DNA of 64,000 bases from Robiginitomaculum sp. Its GTDB lineage: Bacteria > Pseudomonadota > Alphaproteobacteria > Caulobacterales > Maricaulaceae. The position numbers were made by a program, and so were the translations under genes. Positions 46,496 through 57,071 of this stretch are shown one piece after another (position 1 is the first letter of the stretch; the number at the start of each line of letters is the position of its first letter). The notes under the pieces were generated by a model that saw nothing but the letters and a program-made list of their open reading frames with translations, was not told where the DNA came from and did not search any database. The stretch spans positions 2,539-66,538 of the forward strand of contig JAESTZ010000063.1 of NCBI GenBank assembly GCA_016763315.1, given 5' to 3'.

Positions 46496-47712
46496 GTTAA
46501 AGTTTTATCCAGTCCGTAGGCAAAATGTAGCGCTTTAACAGCACTTTCTATCATATGCTCTGGAATCAAAGCGCTGATTCTCAATTCTGATGTTGCCATA
46601 GCGTGCATTGAAATGTTTGCGTCGGCAAGAGCGCGGAAAAATATCTCTAGCATTCCGGATTGTGAACGTAATCCAAGGCCAATGACCGAGACCTTGGCCA
46701 TTTCCTTTACAGAATTCAAGTTCTGATATAATCCGCTTAAAACATCAGAGCTCACAATGTCCAGCGCCCGTTCATGATCCGACCTTGAAGTTGCAAATAC
46801 CAAGTTTGATAAGTCAGTTTGACGAGTAGAGCTTTGAACCACTAGATCAATATTGATTTTCTTTTTAGCTAAAGCGGAAAATAATTTTTGCATATTGTCT
46901 ATGCCACCCGACAACCCCATCAAGCTGATTTGTGACTCATCTCTTGAATATGTCACCCCGCTGACCAGATGGGTTTCCAAACCTTGGGCAATTATTGTTC
47001 CTTTACCGGGATTAAAGGTAGAAAGCACCCGCAACGGCATTTGTTCTGACATTGCCAGCTCCACCGAACGGTTATGCAGGACTTTAGTGCCGCTTGAGGC
47101 CAACTCGAGCATTTCTTCCGGTGAAAGTTCGTGAATTAGCTTTGCATTTTTCTCAATAGCCGGATCCGCGGTAAAAACACCGGCAACATCTGTATAAATA
47201 TCACAGCGATCTGCCCGAAGAGCCACAGCTAATGCTACCGCAGAAACATCGGAGCCTCCACGCCCCAAAGTGGTAACGCGGCCCTCTTTGGTAACACCTT
47301 GAAAGCCGGTCATAACCGCAACCTCTCCAGCCTTGAGACTGTCGCATAGTTCATCTGTTCGCGCTTCGATAAGTCGGGCTTTCCCATGATTATCATCGGT
47401 AATTAGCCCGGCTTGCCAGCCATTCCAGCTACGTGCCTTTAAGCCCATTTCACGTAATATTATTACCAATAAGCCAGCATTAATTTGTTCACCGGATGAT
47501 AAAACTAAGTCTGCTTCGTCAAGGTGTTTGGATTTTTCGTCAATTTCTGAGATTCTTTTGCTCAACTCTGCGGTCATGCCAGACGGCGCAGATATTACTA
47601 CCGCTACTTCATCACCGGTTTTTAATTGTTCGGCAATATGTTTGGCGCAAAGGCGCAAAGCGCGGGTGTTTGCGCTTGAAGTGCCACCAAATTTCATGAC
47701 GATTCGTGCCAT
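46492..47712 (-). CDS. lysC: Aspartate kinase
   Basis: IVMKFGGTS, LGRGGSD and two C-terminal ACT domains. Confidence 0.95.
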   Translation of the reverse strand: MARIVMKFGGTSSANTRALRLCAKHIAEQLKTGDEVAVVISAPSGMTAELSKRISEIDEKSKHLDEADLVLSSGEQINAGLLVIILREMGLKARSWNGWQAGLITDDNHGKARLIEARTDELCDSLKAGEVAVMTGFQGVTKEGRVTTLGRGGSDVSAVALAVALRADRCDIYTDVAGVFTADPAIEKNAKLIHELSPEEMLELASSGTKVLHNRSVELAMSEQMPLRVLSTFNPGKGTIIAQGLETHLVSGVTYSRDESQISLMGLSGGIDNMQKLFSALAKKKINIDLVVQSSTRQTDLSNLVFATSRSDHERALDIVSSDVLSGLYQNLNSVKEMAKVSVIGLGLRSQSGMLEIFFRALADANISMHAMATSELRISALIPEHMIESAVKALHFAYGLDKTLT

Positions 47713-47765
47713 GTATTTCTGTTCCCTTTACCACCTAGTGTGTATAGTTACGTTAATTGTAAAAC

Positions 47766-48548
47766 ATGGGGTATCACATGGCACCGCCAAACCCAAAGAC
47801 TGAATTGTCTTCGGCTAGTATAGATAGCGATGAAATCGCCAAATTTGCGGCAATGGCAGATGATTGGTGGGATCCAAATGGTAAATTCAAACCGTTGCAC
47901 CAGTTTAATCCGACTCGTCTGGCTTTTATTCGCAGGCAATTACTTGGGCATTTCGGTTTAAATGCCCGTGAGCGTCAGCCGCTTGGTGGTTTGCGCCTGC
48001 TTGATATTGGTTGCGGCGGTGGATTGCTTTCGGTGCCAATGGCGCGATTGGGCGCAAATGTAGTGGCTGTTGATGCGGCGTTTGCCAATGTCGAGGCGGC
48101 CAAACATCATGCGCAAAAAATAGGACTTGATATTGATTTTCGTCATAGCGCTTCAGAAGCTTTATTGGAAAACAAAGAAAAACCGTTTGATATCATTTTA
48201 AATATGGAGGTGATTGAGCATACTGCGGATCGTAATTCTTTTCTTATCTCTTGTGCGCAATTACTGGCTCCTAATGGCATTATGATTATTGCTACATTAA
48301 ACCGAACACCAAAAGCACGAGCGCTGGCAATTTTTGCCGCTGAACAAATATTACGATGGTTACCGCCCGGCACCCATGAATATGATAAGCTGGTGCAACC
48401 TGACGAAATCCGCAAACCATTGGAACAACTGGGTCTTACCTTAGAGGGCCCTTTTGGGATTTCTTTTAATCCGCTTACTCGTCTTTGGTCAGAAAGCCGT
48501 GATGTCTCAATAAATTATATGATGGTGGCGAAAAAGGATAAACTTTAA
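47766..48548 (+). CDS. ubiG: Ubiquinone biosynthesis O-methyltransferase
   Basis: EIAKF...WWD..G.F..LH..NP.R and the SAM motif LLDIGCGGGLLS. Confidence 0.9.
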   Translation: MGYHMAPPNPKTELSSASIDSDEIAKFAAMADDWWDPNGKFKPLHQFNPTRLAFIRRQLLGHFGLNARERQPLGGLRLLDIGCGGGLLSVPMARLGANVVAVDAAFANVEAAKHHAQKIGLDIDFRHSASEALLENKEKPFDIILNMEVIEHTADRNSFLISCAQLLAPNGIMIIATLNRTPKARALAIFAAEQILRWLPPGTHEYDKLVQPDEIRKPLEQLGLTLEGPFGISFNPLTRLWSESRDVSINYMMVAKKDKL

Positions 48549-48627
48549 AAGCCAGCTTAAATATTAACTTGAAATTGACCCTGTATTACCACATATCTGA
48601 TGGTTAACCGTTCCAATAGAGGTTTTT

Positions 48628-49359
48628 GTGAGACTTGTTTTTTTAATAATCACGTTGTTATCATCAGCACTTTTAATGGGTGCCTGTTCGACTTTTGCTG
48701 CTGATGATCTGTTAGCTGGCTATAACCATCGAATGTTTAACGGCAATAAAGCTGTTGATCAAGCAATGTTCGAGCCTGTTGCAAAAGGGTATCGCAAAAT
48801 AACACCGCAACCAGTTCGGGGCAGTATCAATAATGCGTTGGCTAATTTGCGCGCACCAACTGATCTTTTAAACAATATTTTGCAAGGTAAAATTGGTGCA
48901 GCGGTAGATACTACGGTTCGATTTGGCATCAACTCCACTCTTGGTCTTGCGGGTCTGTTCGATCCAGCAACAGATATGGGTATTACAGCAAAGCCGGAAG
49001 ATTTTGGCCAGACTCTTGCTGTTTGGGGTGTTGAAAGTGGCTCATATCTGGTTTTACCATTTCTTGGCCCCTCGAACGGTAGAGATTCTGTTGGGTTAGT
49101 CGTTGATGTGGTTACTCACCCGTTCTTTTTAGTTCAATACCAAGGCGCAACTATTGCGCAAGTATCCAGATTTAGTATAAATTCTCTTGGGCTTCGTACC
49201 GAAGCAATAGAGCTTATCGACAATCTTGATGAAAACTCTCTAGATGAATATGCTGCGTATCGCTCTTTGTATGAACAGGCCAGAGACCACGCTATTCGCG
49301 ATGGGGCAATCGCTATTGACGATTTGCCAGACTTTGATGAATTTGATGATGATTATTAG
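48628..49359 (+). CDS. mlaA: MlaA/VacJ family lipoprotein
   Basis: GTG start, lipobox LLMGAC, and the VacJ blocks NR.MF.FN...D....P.A.GY and GP...RD. Confidence 0.85.
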   Translation: MRLVFLIITLLSSALLMGACSTFAADDLLAGYNHRMFNGNKAVDQAMFEPVAKGYRKITPQPVRGSINNALANLRAPTDLLNNILQGKIGAAVDTTVRFGINSTLGLAGLFDPATDMGITAKPEDFGQTLAVWGVESGSYLVLPFLGPSNGRDSVGLVVDVVTHPFFLVQYQGATIAQVSRFSINSLGLRTEAIELIDNLDENSLDEYAAYRSLYEQARDHAIRDGAIAIDDLPDFDEFDDDY

Positions 49360-49367
49360 GAACTGTA

Positions 49368-49967
49368 ATGCTGTTTAGACTTATCTGTTTTACACCAATT
49401 TTTTTAGTTTTTTGGCTAATGTCCACAGACGTAAAAGCCGGGCCAGCAGAAGAAGCGTTTGTACAACAACAAGCGTCTGTAGGACTGCAAATATTACAGG
49501 ACAAATATATAGGTGAAACCGAAAAAAATATAGCTTTTGGCGAGTTTATAGATAGTGTTATTGACAGCAGAAAGGTGTCGCGGTTTGTTCTTGGAAAATA
49601 TGCTAGAAACCTTGATTCTGTTGTTTTTGATGACTTTAAGCATGCTTTTGATCGATATGCTAAAAGCGTATACCAAGATAATTTAACCAAGTTTGGTGGA
49701 GAGAGCTTCGTTGTTACCGGCTCTATTGACCGCAAGCCGGGTGATGCGATTGTCAATACAACTATATCCGGCGGGGCTTTGGAAAAACCGTTAAATGTCC
49801 GCTGGAGAGTGCGCACTAAAAACGGAATTAGCAAAATCATTGATTTGGAAGCATTTGGTATATGGTTGGCAGTTCAGCAACGCAGTGAAATAACTTCTTA
49901 TATTGCAAACAATGGTGGCAAGGTTGAGTCTGCTACAAAGATGTTACAAGAGCGAAGTGATCGTTGA
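49368..49967 (+). CDS. MlaC/Ttg2D-like phospholipid-binding periplasmic protein
   Basis: A signal peptide and a Tol-tolerance (Ttg2D)-like sequence. It lies 8 nt downstream of mlaA. Confidence 0.7.
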   Translation: MLFRLICFTPIFLVFWLMSTDVKAGPAEEAFVQQQASVGLQILQDKYIGETEKNIAFGEFIDSVIDSRKVSRFVLGKYARNLDSVVFDDFKHAFDRYAKSVYQDNLTKFGGESFVVTGSIDRKPGDAIVNTTISGGALEKPLNVRWRVRTKNGISKIIDLEAFGIWLAVQQRSEITSYIANNGGKVESATKMLQERSDR

Positions 49968-49980
49968 TGTGCTGGTTATC

Positions 49981-50439
49981 TTAAAATGGAATACCCGGCA
50001 AATTTTCCCAAAGGCCATTTAATGCACCGAAAGCAATAGCAAGGCCGGGTAAGACCGAACCAAAGAAAAAGAACACTAAACCAAACCGTGCCGCCTTTGT
50101 AGGCTTTTTAAGCTGGTTTGAAATATCACCTTTAAGCCCCAGCATGATATATCGGCTAAGAGATAAAACCATTGTCCAGCCCATAATTTCAATCAATATC
50201 CAGGCTGGAAAAATACGTCCAAACGGCCAAAAAGAAGCCAGTACACCGGCAAGTACTATGAAGGGTCCATAATGAAGTGCCGCATGGTGGGCTATGTCGA
50301 TATATTTATGTGCTTGACCTTCCTTTGAGCTTAGCATGGAACGCCATTTCCAAACACCGGTTAATAGTGCTGCCAAAAAATAAAATATAGAAAAATATAA
50401 GGCTGCGTGTAACGCTGCCGGCAATGATATTGAGGTCAT
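49981..50439 (-). CDS. Hypothetical membrane protein (about four TM helices)
   Basis: The start at 50439 forms an ATGA overlap with the upstream hydrolase stop. I recognise no family. Confidence 0.55.
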   Translation of the reverse strand: MTSISLPAALHAALYFSIFYFLAALLTGVWKWRSMLSSKEGQAHKYIDIAHHAALHYGPFIVLAGVLASFWPFGRIFPAWILIEIMGWTMVLSLSRYIMLGLKGDISNQLKKPTKAARFGLVFFFFGSVLPGLAIAFGALNGLWENLPGIPF

Positions 50440-51362
50440 GGTTTGCTCTTTGAAAGTAAAGATTTCTTCCAGAGGGCAATATCTTTCCAAAAAGCCTCCC
50501 GGCGTTCATTCATTATCATGTGCCCAACGTCGGCATAAACCAGTAATTGAGAATTGGGCAGGGTATCATTAAGGCGTATAGTTTGTTCGTGCGGAATTAC
50601 CGGGTCATGCTCGCCAGCAAACACCAAAACCGGCTGTTCTATTTGAGGAATAATATTCCATATATCAACATCGCGAATCCCGGCAAAGAATTCGATTAAC
50701 TGGCTTTGGTTTTGACTTCGGGCATCACGACGCATCATGCGAAAAGCGTTTTTGCTTGGCTTGTCAGCAAAAAAAGCTTTGCGGTCATAGGCAAATGCTG
50801 AAGCGGTCTTTTCATGCAACCATGGCCAACGAGTGGTCAACCAAGAAGATATTCGTAAAACAAAGGGTCCAAATGCTCCTAATTTCTCTTTACGAGCCAT
50901 TAGTTGCATATCCCCTTCCAAACCGCTCCATTTGCCATCAGCAAAGCCGCCAACACTGATGGCACCACGCACTCTATCGGGACAAGCATGAGCGAGGCAC
51001 AGTCCGGCAAACCCACCGGTGGAGTGACCGACAATCACCACATCGCGTCCGGGTAAAAGTTTATCAAGAACAGCGGTGTTCAAGGTATTAAATAAATCCG
51101 GCTTTACGTCGGTTCGCGAAAATCCCTGTGGGCCAGATGATGGCGAATGAACAGGCAAAGAAACAGAAATCCACGGCTCTTGTTTAAGAAAGGTCTGCGG
51201 CATTAACGGCGCCCAAAATGACGGGGTAACTGCTATGCCATGCAAAAATAACCAAACTGTGCCACCTCGTTCCGATAAATTTACCGGATGTTCCGTGATC
51301 AAAGTATGGCCGTTTAATTCAATTCTTGACTGAACGATTTTGTAATGTGAGTTATTGCTCAT
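50436..51362 (-). CDS. Alpha/beta hydrolase
   Basis: The HG oxyanion region (FLHGIA), nucleophile elbow GHSTGG and a C-terminal His region (DVGHM). Confidence 0.8.
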   Translation of the reverse strand: MSNNSHYKIVQSRIELNGHTLITEHPVNLSERGGTVWLFLHGIAVTPSFWAPLMPQTFLKQEPWISVSLPVHSPSSGPQGFSRTDVKPDLFNTLNTAVLDKLLPGRDVVIVGHSTGGFAGLCLAHACPDRVRGAISVGGFADGKWSGLEGDMQLMARKEKLGAFGPFVLRISSWLTTRWPWLHEKTASAFAYDRKAFFADKPSKNAFRMMRRDARSQNQSQLIEFFAGIRDVDIWNIIPQIEQPVLVFAGEHDPVIPHEQTIRLNDTLPNSQLLVYADVGHMIMNERREAFWKDIALWKKSLLSKSKP

Positions 51363-51419
51363 TTTTATACTTTTAGATGTAAATCCTTTTTTTGCCTACT
51401 CGCATTGGAGTTTACCAAC

Positions 51420-52022
51420 ATGCCTATAGAAAAGAACGTAGACTTTCCTGTTAGAACAGTACGTAAAGTGCCTAAACAAGAAAGATCCAAAAGGCTTGTA
51501 AATACGATTCTACAAGCGGCGGCTCGTGTTCTGGAAGAGTCTAAAAGTCCATTTACCACTAACCATATTGCGGAGCGAGCCGGTGTTAGCATTGGCTCGT
51601 TGTATCAATATTTCCCAAATTCAGATGCCATTATGGCCGCTTTGATTGAAGATCATGTGGCTGAGGAGCTTCGGGTTGTAGGGGGAATTATCATGGCAAA
51701 ATCAAAACCAAACGAAGATATCTTATATGATTTGTTGATTGCCTATGTGCAAATTCACAGTAAATCGCCATGCCTTACAGCCCGATTGCATTCGCAAGCG
51801 TCGGCTTACGGACTACAAGAATATCTAGAAAAAGCCCGTGATGCACAGGCCTCTCGTATTGCCCAAGCTCTTGGGTTTTCTGTGTCTGCAATGCAGATGT
51901 CTGTTATGGCAGTAGAGGGTGTTGTTTTATCCACCTTGTTTCGCCAAGCTGAAGAGCTAGAGTCCAGTGTTTTTCTAAATCGCCTTTATGCAATTGCGCT
52001 GGCGCCGTTAAATATAGAATAG
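51420..52022 (+). CDS. TetR family transcriptional regulator
   Basis: TetR HTH FTTNHIAERAGVSIGSLYQYFPN. GGAG lies 9 nt before the ATG at 51420. It is divergent from the hydrolase operon. Confidence 0.85.
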   Translation: MPIEKNVDFPVRTVRKVPKQERSKRLVNTILQAAARVLEESKSPFTTNHIAERAGVSIGSLYQYFPNSDAIMAALIEDHVAEELRVVGGIIMAKSKPNEDILYDLLIAYVQIHSKSPCLTARLHSQASAYGLQEYLEKARDAQASRIAQALGFSVSAMQMSVMAVEGVVLSTLFRQAEELESSVFLNRLYAIALAPLNIE

Positions 52023-52067
52023 CGATTTATACAGCGCGATAAACAATTCGGCGGCGTGACCGTACCT

Positions 52068-52880
52068 TTACCGCAATAAATCATTGATTGCGGTTTTGGC
52101 TCTGGTTTTTGCATCAACTGTTTTGACAATTATCGCACAAGCAAGCGACGGCCCACCTTTTGGATCAGGTAGGGTTCCTGGAACCACTACAGAATATGGC
52201 GGGACTCTTCCGTAAATTATTTCACCGGTTGCACGTACAACTATTTTGGTACTTTTAGTGATAAACACCCCCATAGCCAATACTGATCCTTCACCGATAA
52301 ATACACCCTCGACCACTTCGCTTCTGGCGCCAATAAAACAATTATCTTCGATAATCACCGGATCGGCTTGTAGCGGCTCTAACACTCCGCCAATTCCTGT
52401 TCCGGCAGAAATATGGCAATTTGCCCCTACCTGCGCGCAAGAACCAACCGAGGCCCATGTATCAATCATGGTTCCGGCACCAACATAGGCGCCCATATTA
52501 ACAAAAGAAGGCATCAATACCACGTCCGGCGCTATGTAAGCTCCAAAGCGTACATTTGCCGGTGGAACCATACGAAACCCGGCTTTTTTGAAGTCAGCTT
52601 CACTCCAACCTGTTGTTTTGCGCGGCATTTTATCAAAGTTATTACCGAGCGAACCTCGCTCGACAATTTCGGACTCAAACAACCCAAAACTAAGTAAAAC
52701 TGCTTGTTTTAGCCAAACATTTACTTTCCATCCACCACCTTGCTTTGGTTCCGCTACCCGGCAAGTGCCATCATCAAGCCAATTATACGCAGCAAGCACT
52801 GCTTCTTTAACATCGCTTTGGTTTGCTTCTTTTCCGGCATAAGCCGCTTCAATAATTGTCTGAGCAGTTTGTTGATCCAT
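52068..52880 (-). CDS. dapD: 2,3,4,5-tetrahydropyridine-2,6-dicarboxylate N-succinyltransferase
   Basis: Left-handed beta-helix hexapeptide repeats and the DapD N-terminal domain. Length is 270 aa. Confidence 0.93.
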   Translation of the reverse strand: MDQQTAQTIIEAAYAGKEANQSDVKEAVLAAYNWLDDGTCRVAEPKQGGGWKVNVWLKQAVLLSFGLFESEIVERGSLGNNFDKMPRKTTGWSEADFKKAGFRMVPPANVRFGAYIAPDVVLMPSFVNMGAYVGAGTMIDTWASVGSCAQVGANCHISAGTGIGGVLEPLQADPVIIEDNCFIGARSEVVEGVFIGEGSVLAMGVFITKSTKIVVRATGEIIYGRVPPYSVVVPGTLPDPKGGPSLACAIIVKTVDAKTRAKTAINDLLR

Positions 52881-52892
52881 CTGCTTAATTCC

Positions 52893-53582
52893 TTAAATTG
52901 CGGTGTTTTTCAAAAATCCGGTAAGATCATCGGTTGAGAAATGCACATGCTCGTATTTGTCATTTATTGAAGCTGGGCGCGCGCCTTTAGGTTCGTGGCT
53001 CCAGTCCTTGTCAGAGCAAACCAGAACCGTGGTAAATCCCATCTGGTGTGCAGGTAATAAATTCCTTGCTAAATCCTCGAAAAAAACCGACCTGTTTGGA
53101 TCAAGGTCAAGATCACTTATCAAGTGATCATAAGCTGGCTGGTCTGGTTTTGGCACATACCCTGTCGCTTTGATATCAATAATGCCATTGAATAGACCGT
53201 CAAACCCAAGGGCATTAAGAACATTTTTTGCATGCATGACCGAACCGTTAGTAAAGATATGTTTGTCGCCCGGCAGCGCATCTATCGCGGCGGCTAATTG
53301 TGGGTCTGGCTGTAGAACAGAGTATTCTATATCATGAACAAACTCTAGATATTCGTCCTCTTTTAATGAGTGGTTTTCCATTAAGCCATTCAAAGTCGTG
53401 CCGCTGTTAAGGTAGAATTGTTTTTGTAATTCTTTGGCTTTAATTAAGTCAATGTCAAAAAATTTTGAAACATACTCAGTTATTTTACTGTCTACTTGTG
53501 AAAATAAATCACTGTGAGTTGGGTATAAAGTGTTATCAAGATCAAACACCCAGCTTCTACTGTTTTTAAGCCGTGCTATCAT
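52893..53582 (-). CDS. HAD-superfamily pyrimidine 5'-nucleotidase-like hydrolase
   Basis: HAD motif I WVFDLDNTLY, a motif III/IV region (FFEDLARNL), and its position next to dapD as in many alphaproteobacteria. Confidence 0.78.
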   Translation of the reverse strand: MIARLKNSRSWVFDLDNTLYPTHSDLFSQVDSKITEYVSKFFDIDLIKAKELQKQFYLNSGTTLNGLMENHSLKEDEYLEFVHDIEYSVLQPDPQLAAAIDALPGDKHIFTNGSVMHAKNVLNALGFDGLFNGIIDIKATGYVPKPDQPAYDHLISDLDLDPNRSVFFEDLARNLLPAHQMGFTTVLVCSDKDWSHEPKGARPASINDKYEHVHFSTDDLTGFLKNTAI

Positions 53583-54619
53583 TTGATTGCCTCGATTTCA
53601 GATTTAGCTAGGATATTTCCACCAAAGTCTTCTGGCTTTAAACGAATACGCGTTAATTGCTGTGTTCTGGTTTGTATTTTCATGAACTTTGCCTCTGAAT
53701 ATCCTCTTACCTCGCATGTATAACGGCCAAAGATTGAAAACTTTACCCGCGATATGCAAAATGTTTCATTAGCCTGCTCCAAGAGCATCTCGTTACCCTC
53801 TTCTACTAGGTTTGCATAAAGATAAAATTTATCCTTTTTGGAAAGTGGTTCGTTGAGCAATGGTACGCATAAGCCTGCTGCCAAAGTCCACCACCCCCTG
53901 CTTTCCCATTGTTTATTGCGTCGTTTCGCATAGGCTACCCATAAAGTTCCATCAGCATCATTGCATAGCTCTAAACCAGTTAAATGCTTGTTTTTTCTGG
54001 CTGATTGTTCAAGCATATCTATCAAGCCAGAGTCTTCTGGGCGTTGTTTTATCTGCATTTCATTTAGGTATTTACGAATTGCAATTCTGGTGCGCCGACC
54101 GGCATAGCCGTCAACATTACGAATATCTTGGCCATTATCCATTAACAGGCGTTGTAGTCCGGCCAAAGATGCCCGGTTTTTAAATTCTTCTACTTCAGTA
54201 AATGTCGCCCTTTTTTCAGCAGAAGGGCTGTTGTTTACTATTCTGAAATTTCTCTTTTCAAGACCTAAGGTTTCACAATTAGCCAAAGCTGTTACCGAGA
54301 AGTTTTCTTGGTCTACACAAATTGAAGTCGAGCCTGTCCATTTGCGAATTCCACCACGGTGCGCGTCAGAAGAGCGACCAAAAACAAAAATATCTCCTTT
54401 GGGTATAGGCTCTGGTAATACAGTACGGCACTCTCCGGGGCGTAACCTGATCCATCCTTCACTTATCAGCGAGTCTTGTTCAGTAAACGCGACTGCTGAA
54501 TAGATAATGAAACTGGTTTCATTACATATCTCTTGACCGGCAGAGCGTGCCGGCGCGCTTAACATCCAAGGGGCAAGTCCGGCAAACAGCAAGCAGAGAG
54601 CCCGACTAAGCGCACTCAT
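53579..54619 (-). CDS. Exported protein with two DUF1036-like modules flanking a peptidoglycan-binding-like repeat
   Basis: A signal peptide, then ICNETSF...GWIRLRPGEC, then LQRLLMDNG...VDGYAGRRTRIAIRKY (PG_binding_1-like), then LCNDADG...GWWTLAAGLC. Confidence 0.65.
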   Translation of the reverse strand: MSALSRALCLLFAGLAPWMLSAPARSAGQEICNETSFIIYSAVAFTEQDSLISEGWIRLRPGECRTVLPEPIPKGDIFVFGRSSDAHRGGIRKWTGSTSICVDQENFSVTALANCETLGLEKRNFRIVNNSPSAEKRATFTEVEEFKNRASLAGLQRLLMDNGQDIRNVDGYAGRRTRIAIRKYLNEMQIKQRPEDSGLIDMLEQSARKNKHLTGLELCNDADGTLWVAYAKRRNKQWESRGWWTLAAGLCVPLLNEPLSKKDKFYLYANLVEEGNEMLLEQANETFCISRVKFSIFGRYTCEVRGYSEAKFMKIQTRTQQLTRIRLKPEDFGGNILAKSEIEAIK

Positions 54620-55305
54620 TTTATAACTTTAGAAACTGACAAAGTTGCCATTTCTGCTCGCAATTCAGCAATCCCATGGCCCTTGTTTGAGGACACCAGC
54701 AATAAATGAGGGTGTGCTGCCGGTCGTTTGGCAATGGTCTTTTGAGTTCTGTCGATCAGGGGCTGCCGGTCGTCGAGCTTTACTTTGTCGGCTTTAGTCA
54801 GGATTATTTGATAAACAACGGCAGCTTCATCAAATTCATCCATAATTGCCAGATCAATCGGTTTTATGCCGTGCCTGCCATCAATCAACAAAAAGCACCT
54901 TGCCAGAGATGCTCGTCCCTTTAAGTAGGCTTTAGTTAGTTTCGTCCATTTCTCAACTGAATCCCGAGATGTTCTGGCATAGCCATATCCAGGCAGATCC
55001 ACCAACATCAACCTGTCATCAAGGTTAAAGAAATTAAGCTCTCGCGTACGTCCGGGAGTATTGGAGGCTCTGGCTAAAGATTTTCTATTGGTAAGGGCGT
55101 TTAATAAAGTCGACTTGCCAACATTTGAACGGCCAGCAAAAGCTACTTCTGGAAGCTCGGCTGGCGGTAAATGTTTTAGATCAACGGCTCCCATGACAAA
55201 ACTGCACTCACGGGCAAATAGTAATCGCCCGGCTTCTAGTTTCTCTTTGTTAATGGCTTGTTGCTCGGTACTCAGTTTTCTATTCTCCGTATTCTTCGTA
55301 TCCAT
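54616..55305 (-). CDS. engB: Ribosome biogenesis GTPase YsxC/EngB
   Basis: G1 GRSNVGKSTLLNAL, G3 DLPGYG and G4 TKADK. Confidence 0.9.
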   Translation of the reverse strand: MDTKNTENRKLSTEQQAINKEKLEAGRLLFARECSFVMGAVDLKHLPPAELPEVAFAGRSNVGKSTLLNALTNRKSLARASNTPGRTRELNFFNLDDRLMLVDLPGYGYARTSRDSVEKWTKLTKAYLKGRASLARCFLLIDGRHGIKPIDLAIMDEFDEAAVVYQIILTKADKVKLDDRQPLIDRTQKTIAKRPAAHPHLLLVSSNKGHGIAELRAEMATLSVSKVIK

Positions 55306-57071
55306 TTATCAAATGGTGTATCAACGCCGTTCTTTCTTGTGATGATATATTGTTGAATCAGAGACAAGAAGTTATTCCAAGTCCAGTAAATCACCAGTCC
55401 CGCGGCAAAGGGTGCCATCAAAATGGTAAAGACAACTGGCATGAAAGCAAAGATTTTACGCTGCATAGGATCCGGTGCTGGCGGGTTTAGTAATTGTTGC
55501 GCGCCCATGGTTAGACCCATCATTAACGGCCAAACACCCACAGCTAAAACCGCGCCTATAACCGGAACAGAGGCCGCATCCCACGGAATTAAACCAAATA
55601 AATTGCCGATTGCTGTTGGATCGGGTTCTGATAGATCCTTGATCCAGCCATAAAATGGCGAGTGGCGCATTTCCAACGAAATATATAATGTCTTATACAG
55701 GGCAAAGAACACCGGTATTTGTAATAATATCGGAAGGCAACCACCAAACGGACTGACCTTTTCACGTTTGTACAAAGCCATAGTTTCTTGTTGCAACTTT
55801 TGTTTGTCTTCTTTGTGCAGTTCTTTTAGCTCTTCCATTTTAGGGGACAATGCTTTCATCCGCGCCATGGATTCGTATGATTTGTTGGCTAAGGGAAAGA
55901 AAATTGCTTTAATTATTACGGTCAATGCCATAATCGCTAAACCAAAATTGCCGAAAATTCCGTATAACCAATCAAGAACAACAAAATATGGGCGGGTTAA
56001 AAACCAGAACAAACCCCAATCAATCGCTTCGTCAAACCGGACTATTCCTAAGTCTTCCTGGTAGCTCTGCAATGCATCAACTTTTTTAGCGCCGGCAAAC
56101 AGGCGTTGGGTTACTTGGACGCTTGCGCCGGGCACTACTTCGCGTGGAGAGCCTAATAAGCTAGCCTCAAAAACATCGGCGCCACCGCTGGATCGAAACA
56201 TTCTAGTGCTGGTTTCTAAAGCTTCATCAACTGGTGCAATGACTGCGGCCAACCAGTATTTAGAAGTAAAACCAATCCAGCCGCCAACACCTTGATCCGT
56301 GCCGCCACCCTTGCGTATTTTTTTATAATTCTGTTTTATGCCTTCACCGCCAACAGCACCAATTATTCCTTGGTGTGAAACAAAACTACCTCGAAGTTTG
56401 CGCTTGTCCATAGGTGTCGCGTCTTTGGGCAGAACGGTCGGGTCACCATATTTACGTACTTGAGCAAACGGGCGGATTGTTCTGGTTGCTGTTCCTGTGT
56501 TTTGCACATTATCAATGATAGTAAACATGTACTTGTCATCAACGCTAATTTCACGAGTAAAAACCAGACCCTCGCTGCTCTCGTATTTAAATATCAAAGG
56601 TGTTTCCGGTGTTAAGGTTTCACCAGTAGTCAGCGTCCAATTGGTTTCAAGACCTGGCAGCGTATTGTTGGCGCCATCATCAGCAGCGCGCCACCCAAAC
56701 ATAGCAAACTCACCACCTCGTGACAAAGATGGATCTAAAAGCCGTACTTCTGGGCTGTTTTCGTCCATTTCTTCGCGATACTGGCGTAAAAACAAATCAT
56801 TAAATCTTCCACCGTACGTGGAAATGCTGCCATCTAAAGACGGGCTGTCAATGGGAACTTTTTGTGCTGACTGCATTGCTTGAGCAGCGATCTGGTTGGT
56901 AAGTTGAACTGTTGGCGCAACATTTAGTTTTTCTTGTGTTTCAAGTTGTTGTTGAATTTCTTGGTTTGCACGGCGTTGTTTTGCCGCGGGCTCGACCACC
57001 AGAAACTGATAAATTGTCAAAACAATCAATGCAAGAGCAATGGCCAGAAACATGTTTTTTTGATCGCCCAT
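55272..57071 (-). CDS. yidC: Membrane protein insertase YidC
   Basis: An N-terminal TM helix, a large periplasmic domain and the conserved C-terminal 5-TM core (GCLPILLQIPVFFALY). Confidence 0.95.
   Translation of the reverse strand: MGDQKNMFLAIALALIVLTIYQFLVVEPAAKQRRANQEIQQQLETQEKLNVAPTVQLTNQIAAQAMQSAQKVPIDSPSLDGSISTYGGRFNDLFLRQYREEMDENSPEVRLLDPSLSRGGEFAMFGWRAADDGANNTLPGLETNWTLTTGETLTPETPLIFKYESSEGLVFTREISVDDKYMFTIIDNVQNTGTATRTIRPFAQVRKYGDPTVLPKDATPMDKRKLRGSFVSHQGIIGAVGGEGIKQNYKKIRKGGGTDQGVGGWIGFTSKYWLAAVIAPVDEALETSTRMFRSSGGADVFEASLLGSPREVVPGASVQVTQRLFAGAKKVDALQSYQEDLGIVRFDEAIDWGLFWFLTRPYFVVLDWLYGIFGNFGLAIMALTVIIKAIFFPLANKSYESMARMKALSPKMEELKELHKEDKQKLQQETMALYKREKVSPFGGCLPILLQIPVFFALYKTLYISLEMRHSPFYGWIKDLSEPDPTAIGNLFGLIPWDAASVPVIGAVLAVGVWPLMMGLTMGAQQLLNPPAPDPMQRKIFAFMPVVFTILMAPFAAGLVIYWTWNNFLSLIQQYIITRKNGVDTPFDKWIRRIRRIEN

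Noticed and set aside
55272-55305. The 34-nt overlap of the engB start with the yidC 3' end as a sign of frameshift or misassembly
   Set aside because: Both reading frames are intact, with family motifs to their ends. Same-strand overlaps of this size occur in compact operons, and the engB start may simply be slightly downstream at a non-ATG codon.
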